The notes under the pieces were generated by a model that worked only from the letters and a program-made list of their open reading frames with translations, searched no databases and was not told the origin of the DNA. Below are positions 48,375-56,544 of a DNA stretch of 64,000 bases, piece after piece. The stretch is taken from positions 1,196 to 65,195 of the forward strand of contig JAPORR010000152.1 of assembly GCA_026710105.1 (NCBI GenBank), in the 5' to 3' direction. The stretch's first letter is position 1; every line of letters starts with the position of its first letter. The DNA comes from Alphaproteobacteria bacterium. GTDB taxonomy: Bacteria; Pseudomonadota; Alphaproteobacteria; Bin95. A program made the position numbers and the translations under genes.

Positions 48375-48382
48375 TGACAGGC

Positions 48383-49501
48383 ATGAAGCTCCGCAGTTTC
48401 CTGTTCCTGCTGGTTCTGACCGCCGCCACGGCGGCGGCAGCCATTGCGGTTCTGGTGGATGAGCGCATCCGCAGCAGTGATCCAGTCGCCGGTGCCATGC
48501 TTTATCCTGGCCTGCTCGATCGTGTGAACGATATCGACTTCGTCGAGGTTTCGACGATGGTGGACGGCACGGTATCAGCCCGACGCGAGGACGGGCGCTG
48601 GGCCGTGGCGCAGCGCCACGGCTATCCGGCCGACTTCGACATGCTGAAACGCATGCTCTACGATCTGGCACGCATTGAGCTGATCGAACCGCGCACGAGC
48701 AGGCCCGCGCTTTATCCGAAGATCCGGGTCGAGGATCTCGGAGACAACAGTGCCGAATCCATCCGGATCGTGGCGAAAATAGGTGAGGAGACGGTCGCGG
48801 ACCTGCTGGTTGGCCTGGCGCGACCGGAAGAGACGGGTGGCGGCGTGTTCCTGCGCAAAAGCGGCGAGGCGCAGTCCTGGCTCGCCAAGGGTGGATTCCA
48901 GCCGGTGCAGCTCCTCACCCGCTTCCTCGACCGTAACATTGCCAATGTGGAGCAGCGCCGTATCTATCGTACACATCTGATCCACGCTGACGGCGAGACA
49001 GTAACGGTCTCCAGGGCCGGGCCGGAGGAGATGGCATGGATCCTGGAAGAACCACCGCCGCCGGGCCACAAGGCGAAGGCAGGCCATGAGTTGTCGCCGC
49101 TGACGAGCTGGCTTGATTTCCTGATCTTCGACGATGTGCGCCCGGCCGCCGAGGTCGATTTCTCGAAGCCGCTGGTCACAGGCCGGTTCGAGACCTTCGA
49201 CGGGCTCGTCGTGGAGGCGGACATGGCAGCGCAGGACGGTAGCCACTGGGTGGCGCTGGCCGCGTCGCCGGGCGCGCCGGACCCGCGCGTGCAGCCCCTT
49301 CTGGATGCGCGCAGGACGATGGAGGCGGGCAAGCTCGAGGGCTCGCTGCAGATGGCGCTGAAGACGCCGGACGAAGTTGCAACCGAGATCGACGAGATCA
49401 ACGCCACCGCAGGCGGTTGGGCCTACCGTGTCACCGATTACAAGACCGACAAGTTCCGTACGCGCCTCGCAGACGTCACAGAAGCTGGGGACGAGAATTA
49501 G
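48383..49501 (+). CDS. DUF4340-like protein (partner of GldG-type systems)
   Basis: About 372 aa with the N-terminal anchor MKLRSFLFLLVLTAATAAAAIAVL. Its position directly after GldG matches the usual DUF4340 context. The family call comes from context and general similarity only. Confidence 0.6.
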   Translation: MKLRSFLFLLVLTAATAAAAIAVLVDERIRSSDPVAGAMLYPGLLDRVNDIDFVEVSTMVDGTVSARREDGRWAVAQRHGYPADFDMLKRMLYDLARIELIEPRTSRPALYPKIRVEDLGDNSAESIRIVAKIGEETVADLLVGLARPEETGGGVFLRKSGEAQSWLAKGGFQPVQLLTRFLDRNIANVEQRRIYRTHLIHADGETVTVSRAGPEEMAWILEEPPPPGHKAKAGHELSPLTSWLDFLIFDDVRPAAEVDFSKPLVTGRFETFDGLVVEADMAAQDGSHWVALAASPGAPDPRVQPLLDARRTMEAGKLEGSLQMALKTPDEVATEIDEINATAGGWAYRVTDYKTDKFRTRLADVTEAGDEN

Positions 49502-50228
49502 TCCCGCTGCGGGCGATATCCAGGAATACCTCTTCCATACTGCGCCGCCCGTAACGCGCAATCAGGGCATCTGGTGCGCCCCGGTCGACCAGCCGACCGT
49601 CCTTCATCATCAGCACATCGCAGCAGAGCCGCTCCACTTCCAGCATGTTGTGCGAGGCGAGCAGGATCGTGGCTCCGGTCCGCTCGACATAGGTGGCGAG
49701 ATACGCGCGCACCCAGTCGGCAGTCTCCGGGTCCAGCGAAGCGGTCGGCTCGTCGAGGAGCAGAAGCTGCGGCTCGTTCACCAGTGCCTTGGCGAGCGCG
49801 AGGCGGGATTTCTGGCCTGCGGAGAGCGTACGGGTCTGTTGTTTTAGCAGCGGGGAGAGCTCCAGCGCTTCGGCCAGCGCGCGCACATGCCAGCTGGCAT
49901 GCGCCACCCCGTAAAGACGGGCATAGACCAGCAGGTTCTCCTCTGCCGTCAGCCGGCCCGGAAGCTCCACATAGGGGGAAGAGAAATTCATGCGCCCAAG
50001 CGCCCGATAGCGGTCCCGGGTCATGTCGACGCCAAGCGCATATACTGTTCCCGAGGTCGGCAGCAGTAGGCCGAGCAGCATGGCGATAGTGGTCGTCTTG
50101 CCGGCCCCATTGCCGCCGAGCAGCGCGACGATGCCGCCGTATCCAAGGTCGAAGGTCAGCCTGTCCACAGCCTTCACCGGACCGAATTCCCTTGAGAGAT
50201 TGTAAGCCGAGATGGCCCATTCGCCCAT
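49476..50228 (-). CDS. ABC transporter ATP-binding protein (no adjacent permease)
   Basis: 250 aa. GGNGAGKTTTIAML, LSAGQKSRLALAKAL, LLLDEPTASLD. Confidence 0.8.
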   Translation of the reverse strand: MGEWAISAYNLSREFGPVKAVDRLTFDLGYGGIVALLGGNGAGKTTTIAMLLGLLLPTSGTVYALGVDMTRDRYRALGRMNFSSPYVELPGRLTAEENLLVYARLYGVAHASWHVRALAEALELSPLLKQQTRTLSAGQKSRLALAKALVNEPQLLLLDEPTASLDPETADWVRAYLATYVERTGATILLASHNMLEVERLCCDVLMMKDGRLVDRGAPDALIARYGRRSMEEVFLDIARSGTNSRPQLL

Positions 50229-50273
50229 GTTATGCTTCCCTCTTCGACAGCAGCGGAAGAGCGCCGGTCGCCC

Positions 50274-51581
50274 ATGAAGAGTTTAGAGCCCACGCCGTCA
50301 CGGGGCGAGACAGGCATTGTCCAGGCGCGAACATTGATCCTGATTCGCTGGGTTGCGGTGGCTGGCCAGGCGGGCGCGGTTCTGGCCGTCCATTTCGTCT
50401 TCGAATACCGGCTGTCGATAGAGGCGGCGGCGGCGGCGGCAGCAGCAGTGGGGATGTCGGCGGCAGTCAACCTGTTCGCGAGCCTGCATCAGCGCGCCGG
50501 GGCTGGCCTGCCGGAGCCGCATGCCTTCGGCTTCCTTGCCTTCGACACGCTGCAGCTCGCTCTGCTGCTGTTTCTCACAGGCGGGCTCCAGAATCCGTTT
50601 GCGCTCCTGCTGCTTGCGCCGGTTACAGTGGCAGCGTCGATCCTGTCCAGAGCGAGCTGCATCAAACTCGTCGCCCTGGCGGCGGTGGCCGGGACCCTGT
50701 TAGCCGTATGGCACATGCCGCTGCCCTGGGACGGGCCACCGCCCATCATGCCACCGGAGCTGGTGCTGGGCATATGGGCCGCCACCATCGTCGCCATCGT
50801 CTTCCTTGCTGTTTATGTCGGGCAAGTGGCGATCGAACGGCGCCGGATGACCGATGCGGTCTCGGCGGCACAGGATGCACTTGTGCGCGAGCAACGCATT
50901 GCCGATCTCGGCACGCTCGCCGCCGCGGCGGCGCATGAGCTCGGCACGCCGCTTGCCACTATCACTGTCATCGCATCCGAACTCGTGCAGGAGGTGCCGG
51001 CAGACAGCCCGCTTGCCGAGGATGCACGCCTGTTGAAGAGCCAAGCGGAGCGCTGCAAGGCGATCCTGACGGAGCTATCGCAGCGCCCAGATGCGCGCCG
51101 CGCTTCTTATCTCCGCATGCCGCTGACAGCGCTGATCGAGAGCATGGCCGACTCCCACCGGCGCGAGGCGGTCGATCTGGTGGTCCGCGGCCGCGCGCGC
51201 GACGACACGCCGGAGCCTGCTCTGGAGCGCCGTCCAGAACTGGTGAACGGGCTCGGCAACATCCTCTCCAACGCACTGCAATTCGCGCGCCGTCGCGTGG
51301 TTGCCGCCATCGTCTGGGATGCCGAGCGGGTCGCCGTGACGATCTCGGATGACGGGCCCGGCTTCCCGGCAGCGCTACTGGGACGCCTTGGCGAGCCTTA
51401 TCTCTCCACAAGGCGCGGCAGCGACGGCCATATGGGCCTCGGCATCTTCATCGCGCGCACGCTGCTGGAGCGCACCGGTGCCGATGTCACGTTCCTCAAC
51501 CGGCCCGAGGGCGGCGCGGAGGTTGAGGTTCTGTGGCCACGCGTGATACTGGAGCCTGAGACAAAGGGTGATGAGCGATGA
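50274..51581 (+). CDS. regB: redox-sensing histidine kinase RegB/PrrB/ActS family
   Basis: Membrane N-terminal half with the GGLQNPF motif, the H-box AAAAHELGTPLATI, a conserved redox Cys context (AERCKAIL), and ATP-lid motifs. Start at ATG 50274 or 50232. Confidence 0.85.
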   Translation: MKSLEPTPSRGETGIVQARTLILIRWVAVAGQAGAVLAVHFVFEYRLSIEAAAAAAAAVGMSAAVNLFASLHQRAGAGLPEPHAFGFLAFDTLQLALLLFLTGGLQNPFALLLLAPVTVAASILSRASCIKLVALAAVAGTLLAVWHMPLPWDGPPPIMPPELVLGIWAATIVAIVFLAVYVGQVAIERRRMTDAVSAAQDALVREQRIADLGTLAAAAAHELGTPLATITVIASELVQEVPADSPLAEDARLLKSQAERCKAILTELSQRPDARRASYLRMPLTALIESMADSHRREAVDLVVRGRARDDTPEPALERRPELVNGLGNILSNALQFARRRVVAAIVWDAERVAVTISDDGPGFPAALLGRLGEPYLSTRRGSDGHMGLGIFIARTLLERTGADVTFLNRPEGGAEVEVLWPRVILEPETKGDER

Positions 51582-52129
51582 ACGAACAACAGGGCTCCGG
51601 TGACGCTGGTACGCTCCTTCTGGTCGACGATGACCCGCCCTTCCTGAACCGTCTGGCGCGGGCGATGGAACGGCGCGGCTTTGATGTCCGCACCGCCGGC
51701 TCGGTCGCCGACGGCAAGGCGGCAGTCGATATCGACCCACCGGATTACGCCGTGGTCGACCTCCGACTCGGCGACGGCAGCGGCGTCGATGTGGTCTCGC
51801 ATCTGCAGGCTGTCCGGCCGGAGAGCCGGGCGATCATGCTCACCGGCTACGGTAATATCGCGACTGCGGTGGCGGCAGTGAAGGTCGGTGCCATCGACTA
51901 TCTGCCGAAACCGGCGGATGCTGATGCCATTGAGACGGCGCTCAAGCATATCGGCTCCGACCCACCTGGCCCGCCGGAATTGCCAATGTCACCCGACCGT
52001 GTGCGCTGGGAGCATATTCAGCGCATCTACGAGCAGTGCGGACGCAATGTCTCAGAAACCGCGCGGCGGCTTCGTATGCACCGCCGCACTCTCCAACGCA
52101 TCCTCGCCAAATACGCCCCGAAGGAATAG
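51578..52129 (+). CDS. regA: redox response regulator RegA/PrrA/ActR family
   Basis: Receiver domain (LLLVDDD..., VVDLRLGDGSG, KP) and the near-invariant HTH tail NVSETARRLRMHRRTLQRILAK. 4-nt overlap with regB. Confidence 0.9.
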   Translation: MNEQQGSGDAGTLLLVDDDPPFLNRLARAMERRGFDVRTAGSVADGKAAVDIDPPDYAVVDLRLGDGSGVDVVSHLQAVRPESRAIMLTGYGNIATAVAAVKVGAIDYLPKPADADAIETALKHIGSDPPGPPELPMSPDRVRWEHIQRIYEQCGRNVSETARRLRMHRRTLQRILAKYAPKE

Positions 52130-52172
52130 CCGGGGCGGCGGGCGGTCTGACCGAATCGGGGACGGCGGCAGC

Positions 52173-53762
52173 ATGGTGGAAGAACGGTTTGATTACATCG
52201 TCGTGGGGGCAGGCTCTGCAGGGGCGGCCCTGGCGAACCGGCTATCGGCGAATCCGGCCCGGCGCATACTGCTGCTGGAAGCGGGCCGGTCGGGCCATCC
52301 TTGGTCGCTTATACCCGTCGGCTTCGCGCGGCTGATCGATAACCCGGCCGCCAATTGGCTCTATACCTCCGAGCCCGAGGACAGCACGGGTGGACGGCGC
52401 ATCCCTGTGCCGCGCGGACGACTGCTGGGGGGCTCCTCTGCCATCAACGGCATGGTGTTCGTGCGCGGCCAGGCCGAGGATTTCGATGGCTGGGCACAGC
52501 TGGGCAATCGCGGCTGGTCCTATCGTGACGTGCTGCCGGTGTTCCGGAAGATAGAGAGTTATGCCGGCGGCGAGGACGAATTCCGGGGCCGGGACGGCCC
52601 GATCAGGGTGACCGACCCGGATGAGAGTGGCCCACTCTATTATGCAATCGTCCAGGCGGGGCGGGAGGTTGGCCTCTCCTATAATGCGGACTATAATGGT
52701 GCCTCCCAGGATGGCATCGCCATGACGCAGGCGTCGATCTCTGGCGGGTGGCGTATGAGCACGGCGCGTTGCTATCTGGACCCTGCGCGCTCGCGCCTGA
52801 ATCTTGACATCCGTGCTAACGCCCCGACGGAAGCGCTGCTCTTCGACGGCCGGCGCTGCATCGGCGTACGTTACCGGCGTGGCGGCCAGGTCTGCGAGGC
52901 GAAAGCAAACGCCGAAGTCGTGCTAAGCGCCGGCACCGTCGCGTCGCCGCAATTGCTGGAGCTTTCCGGCATCGGGCAGGCGGAGCGGCTAAAGGCGCTC
53001 GGCATCCCTGTCATTCATGCATTGCCAGGTGTTGGCGAGAACCTGCGTGACCATTACGCGCCGCGCATGAAATGGCGCGTGCCTGCCCGGGGGCTAACCT
53101 ACAATGACAAGGCCCGGGGCATGGGCCTGGTATGGCAGGCGCTGAAATTCGCCTTCGCCCGGACCGGGCTGCTCAGCCTGCCCGCAGCGCCGCTGCGCGC
53201 CTATATCCGCACTCGCCCAGGGCTGGCGAGCCCGGATGCGGTGATCTGCTGGATCCCGTTCCTTTCCACCGGTTACAGGCTAGACCGAGAGTCGGGCCTG
53301 ACCGTTATCACCCACCCGCTGCGTTCAGAAAGCCTTGGCAGCATTCACGTAACCTCGGCAGATCCGGCAGTGGCGCCTGAGATTCGTTTCAACTTCCTCT
53401 CCGCTGCCATCGACCGCGAGGTTACGCTCGGCGGTATGCGCTTTGCGCGCAGGCTGATGGCAGCGCCAGCGCTTGCCGGGATCGTCGGCGAGGAACTGGC
53501 GCCTGGCGCGAAGCAGGAGGGCGACGACGATCTGATCGCCTGGGTGAAGGAGAACGCCGAAACCACCTACCACCCGGTCGGTACTTGCAAGATGGGTTCG
53601 GATACGATGGCGGTGGTGGACGACCGGCTGTGCGTTCACGGAATAGAGGGGTTGCGCGTCGCCGACGCCTCGATCATGCCAACGCTGACCTCCGGCAACA
53701 CCAATGCCCCCTCCATCATGATTGGCGAGAAAGCCGCGGAGATGATCATGGAGAGAGTGTGA
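52173..53762 (+). CDS. GMC-family FAD oxidoreductase (choline dehydrogenase-like)
   Basis: FDYIVVGAGSAGAALANRLS, GGSSAINGMVFVRG, and C-terminal HPVGTCKMG...VADASIMP. ATG 52173. The track ORF from 51888 overlaps regA and I reject that start. Confidence 0.85.
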   Translation: MVEERFDYIVVGAGSAGAALANRLSANPARRILLLEAGRSGHPWSLIPVGFARLIDNPAANWLYTSEPEDSTGGRRIPVPRGRLLGGSSAINGMVFVRGQAEDFDGWAQLGNRGWSYRDVLPVFRKIESYAGGEDEFRGRDGPIRVTDPDESGPLYYAIVQAGREVGLSYNADYNGASQDGIAMTQASISGGWRMSTARCYLDPARSRLNLDIRANAPTEALLFDGRRCIGVRYRRGGQVCEAKANAEVVLSAGTVASPQLLELSGIGQAERLKALGIPVIHALPGVGENLRDHYAPRMKWRVPARGLTYNDKARGMGLVWQALKFAFARTGLLSLPAAPLRAYIRTRPGLASPDAVICWIPFLSTGYRLDRESGLTVITHPLRSESLGSIHVTSADPAVAPEIRFNFLSAAIDREVTLGGMRFARRLMAAPALAGIVGEELAPGAKQEGDDDLIAWVKENAETTYHPVGTCKMGSDTMAVVDDRLCVHGIEGLRVADASIMPTLTSGNTNAPSIMIGEKAAEMIMERV

Positions 53763-53771
53763 GCCGACCTT

Positions 53772-54095
53772 ATGACACTCGTTGAAATCGCCGCCCGCCT
53801 AGAAGTACTCGGTAACGAGACCCGGCTTGCCGTGTTCCGTCATGTGGTGCGGGCGGGTGAAGTGGGTTTGGCGGTCAACGACATCCATGAACGCACCGGA
53901 GTTCCCCGCTCCACGCTCTCGCATCATCTGCGCCGCCTGGCGGATTGCGGCCTGATGCAGAGGGAACGGCGTGGCACTATGCTGATCTGCCGCGCTAATG
54001 CGGAAGTGATGAACGAAACGCTAGGGTTCCTTTTGAAAGAATGTTGCGCGGACCACCTTGACAGTTCATGCCACCATCATCATATTTCGATTTAG
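53772..54095 (+). CDS. ArsR/SmtB-family metalloregulator with a Cys/His-rich C-terminal tail
   Basis: LEVLGNETRLAVFRHVV...RSTLSHHLRRLADCGLM forms the winged HTH. The tail is KECCADHLDSSCHHHHISI. Confidence 0.8.
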   Translation: MTLVEIAARLEVLGNETRLAVFRHVVRAGEVGLAVNDIHERTGVPRSTLSHHLRRLADCGLMQRERRGTMLICRANAEVMNETLGFLLKECCADHLDSSCHHHHISI

Positions 54096-54105
54096 CTAGA
54101 AATAT
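54082..54105. promoter_or_regulatory. inverted repeat ATATTTC-N10-GAAATAT between the ArsR gene and the permease (candidate operator)
   Basis: Read directly: ATATTTC at 54082-54088 and GAAATAT at 54099-54105, in an AT-rich spacer that includes the arsR-like stop codon, 20 nt upstream of the permease ATG. Confidence 0.35.
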
Positions 54106-54125
54106 AGAAACAAGAATCGGTTGCG

Positions 54126-55154
54126 ATGACAACTCTCGTCGCCACGCTGAGACGCTTGGAGTTACCTAAGGCCGGACGGGTCTGGCTGGCCATATTTGCG
54201 ATTCTGGCGGCGATCGCACTCTTCGATCCGGTGCAATTCCGCCCATCGGTCGACTTCACGCTGGGAGCACTCGCGCATACCCTACCCTTCATCGTCTTCG
54301 CTGTGCTGGCCGTATCGGTGCTGAAGGCGACAGGGGCTGACGCGGTGGTCGCGCGCGCCTTCGTCGGGCGGGAGAGCAGGATGATCGTGCTGGCGGCCCT
54401 GGTTGGCGGCCTCGCGCCCTTTTGCTCCTGCGAGGTCATTCCCTTTATCGCCGCACTGCTGGCACTCGGCACGCCGGTTTCGGCGGTGATGGCGTTCTGG
54501 CTGTCATCGCCGCTGATCGACCCCGCCGCCTTCCTCATCACAGCCAGCGCACTCGGCTGGCCGTTCGCCATCGGCAAGACTGTCGCTGCTATCGGGATCG
54601 GGCTGCTGGGCGGCTTCGTCACGCAGGCGGCAGTGGGTGCCGGCTTCTTCGCCGATCCGGCGAAACCCCCTCAGCCCGGCGGCGGCTGTCGCGCCTCATC
54701 TGCTTTCGACGGCAGGCCGGAATGGCGCTTCTGGAACCATGCGGAGCGACGGCAGATCTTTGCCGACGAGACGAAGGAGAACGCACTGTTCCTGCTCAAA
54801 TGGCTGACGCTCGCCTACCTGCTAGAGAGCCTGATGCTAGCTTGGTTGCCCGCAGAGGTAATTGCGGGTGCGGTCGGCGGCGAGGGCCTGCTGCCAATCC
54901 TTACCGCTGCACTGGTGGGAGCGCCCGCTTATCTGAACGGCTATGCGGCGCCCGCGCTGGTCGCGGGCCTGATCGAGCAGGGCATGAGCAATGGTGCCGG
55001 CATGGCTTTCATGGTGGCGGGCGCAGTGAGCTGCATCCCAGCGATGACGGCCGTCTATGCGCTTGTGCGGCGGTCTGTCTTCCTCGCCTATGTCGGACTA
55101 GGATTTGCGGGCGCGATCCTCTCTGGTATCGTCTTCGGATCCCTATTCCCATAA
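54126..55154 (+). CDS. DUF318-type permease (ArsP/YraQ-like)
   Basis: 342 aa, polytopic, with two homologous halves. The PFCSC vicinal-cysteine motif (GGLAPFCSCEVIPF) is typical of this permease family. Confidence 0.75.
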   Translation: MTTLVATLRRLELPKAGRVWLAIFAILAAIALFDPVQFRPSVDFTLGALAHTLPFIVFAVLAVSVLKATGADAVVARAFVGRESRMIVLAALVGGLAPFCSCEVIPFIAALLALGTPVSAVMAFWLSSPLIDPAAFLITASALGWPFAIGKTVAAIGIGLLGGFVTQAAVGAGFFADPAKPPQPGGGCRASSAFDGRPEWRFWNHAERRQIFADETKENALFLLKWLTLAYLLESLMLAWLPAEVIAGAVGGEGLLPILTAALVGAPAYLNGYAAPALVAGLIEQGMSNGAGMAFMVAGAVSCIPAMTAVYALVRRSVFLAYVGLGFAGAILSGIVFGSLFP

Positions 55155-55227
55155 GTCACCGCCGCCGTTTCCTGTGGATTTCACCGACCATGTCATTGAT
55201 TCGATGCGGCGGCCTATACCTCCATGC

Positions 55228-55244
55228 CGGTGGCCGGGCCACCG
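55228..55244. repeat. perfect 17-nt palindrome CGGTGGCC-G-GGCCACCG
   Basis: Read directly. It lies about 60 nt beyond the TnpB-like motif, where an IS605-type subterminal hairpin or guide-RNA scaffold remnant could sit. That interpretation is inference. Confidence 0.4.
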
Positions 55245-55304
55245 CCCCTCCCCGTGCAGCGGCCTCAATCCCGGAGGCCAACCGCTCCCGGGGCTTGAGA
55301 CCTG

Positions 55305-55379
55305 CTTAAGCCCCCGGTCACGGATATTCTGTGCCGCATTGAAATCGGCATAAACCGCATGACCACAGGTCGTGCAGAG
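55305..55379 (-). pseudogene. C-terminal relic of an IS200/IS605-type TnpB (OrfB) gene
   Basis: The minus-strand translation LCTTCGHAVYADFNAAQNIRDRGLK matches the terminal zinc-finger/RuvC-III block of TnpB (C..CG.....AD.NAA.NI). Nothing TnpB-like lies upstream of it in ORF 55143..55454. Confidence 0.35.
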
Positions 55380-55555
55380 GAATGACGCGAACCCTCCAAA
55401 GACGCTATGCGCGAGAAACTCAAACGATGGGATGGACGACAACTTCCTCCTCAAGATGATACGCGCCGCTGCCTGATAAATCCAAAAGCGATTGCCTTGG
55501 GTGCGGGGCCGCGCGGGCTTGCGGCGTGGCCGTGCATGGCCGTATCATCGCTGCC

Positions 55556-56089
55556 ATGAGCGATGCCATCGCCTTCGACACCCACCGCTTCGTCAAGCGC
55601 CTCAAGGAAGGCGGCTTCACCGAACGTCAGGCCGAAACCCTGGCCGACGAACAGGTCGCACTGCTCAACGCCAATCTCGCTACAAAGGCCGATATCGCAG
55701 ACGTCAAAGCCGATATCGAGAAAGTCAAGCTCGCCACTAAGGCCGATATCGAGGCCGTCAAGGGCGACATTGAGGCACTCAGGCTGGAAACCAAGGCCGA
55801 TATCGAGGCCGTCAAGGGCGACATTGAGGCACTCAGGCTGGAAACCAAGGCTGATATTGAGGCACTCAGGCTCGCCACTAAGGCCAATATCGAGGCCGTC
55901 AAGGGCGACATTGAGGCACTCAGGCTGGAAACCAAGGCCGATATCGAGGCCGTCAAGGGCGACATTGAGGCACTCAGGCTGGAAACCAAGGCTGACATTG
56001 CGGACGTCAAGGCCGACCTCATCAGATGGATGGTCGGGATGATGGTCGCCATGACCGGTATCTTTGCCGCGATCGTCAAGCTGCTGTAG
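55556..56089 (+). CDS. DUF1640-like coiled-coil protein with a C-terminal membrane anchor and an expanded internal repeat
   Basis: MSDAIAFDTHRFVKRLKEGGFTERQAETLADEQVALLNANLATKADI..., a repeated TKADIEAVKGDIEALRLE unit, and the anchor WMVGMMVAMTGIFAAIVKLL. I prefer ATG 55556 over the track start 55526. Confidence 0.65.
   Translation: MSDAIAFDTHRFVKRLKEGGFTERQAETLADEQVALLNANLATKADIADVKADIEKVKLATKADIEAVKGDIEALRLETKADIEAVKGDIEALRLETKADIEALRLATKANIEAVKGDIEALRLETKADIEAVKGDIEALRLETKADIADVKADLIRWMVGMMVAMTGIFAAIVKLL
55736..55984 (+). repeat. in-frame tandem repeat: four 54-nt units plus one 33-nt truncated unit
   Basis: Units lie at 55736-55789, 55790-55843, 55844-55876 (33 nt), 55877-55930 and 55931-55984. 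The 54-nt units differ by only 1-2 nt (act/acc, gat/aat). Confidence 0.9.
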
Positions 56090-56544
56090 CGCTGGGAACC
56101 TAAAAGCCTCAAACCCGCACGGCCCGGTTCAGGCGAGCGACCCCACCATGGCATGCGCCGGACGGCCTCATGCCGCACCGCGCGTAGGATTGCCGTGATG
56201 ATAACGCCCGCGCCGCCTTTCAGATGAATTCCGACTGTTGCCCGCCACACGGCCCGATGCCTTCTTGTCACCCCATGCAGGCCGCCCGGGATCGTCCGTC
56301 CGCGCTACTGCGTAGCCAGCCCATCGCCACGCTGCATCGACTGGCCCATGCGCGGCACTGCCACTGCCTCCCCAGAACGTGCCGCAAGGCAAGCGAAGTG
56401 GGAGGGCGATCGGGAATGCCCGGCAGGGCGGAGGGAGTGGGTCCCATAAGCGTTAACTTGTTTCAGCAGCCCCGAATCGTGCCATGATACCGCCTCCTCG
56501 ATTTTAGCGAGCGACGGCACATGGGGGAGGATTGAGAACTGCTT

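Noticed and set aside
55627-56271. 214-aa minus-strand ORF with a repetitive SALVSSLSASMSPLTASI pattern
   Set aside because: It is the antisense reading of the 54-nt tandem repeats. The + strand gives a DUF1640-like N-terminus, a charged coiled-coil repeat and a terminal TM helix, which is a coherent protein.
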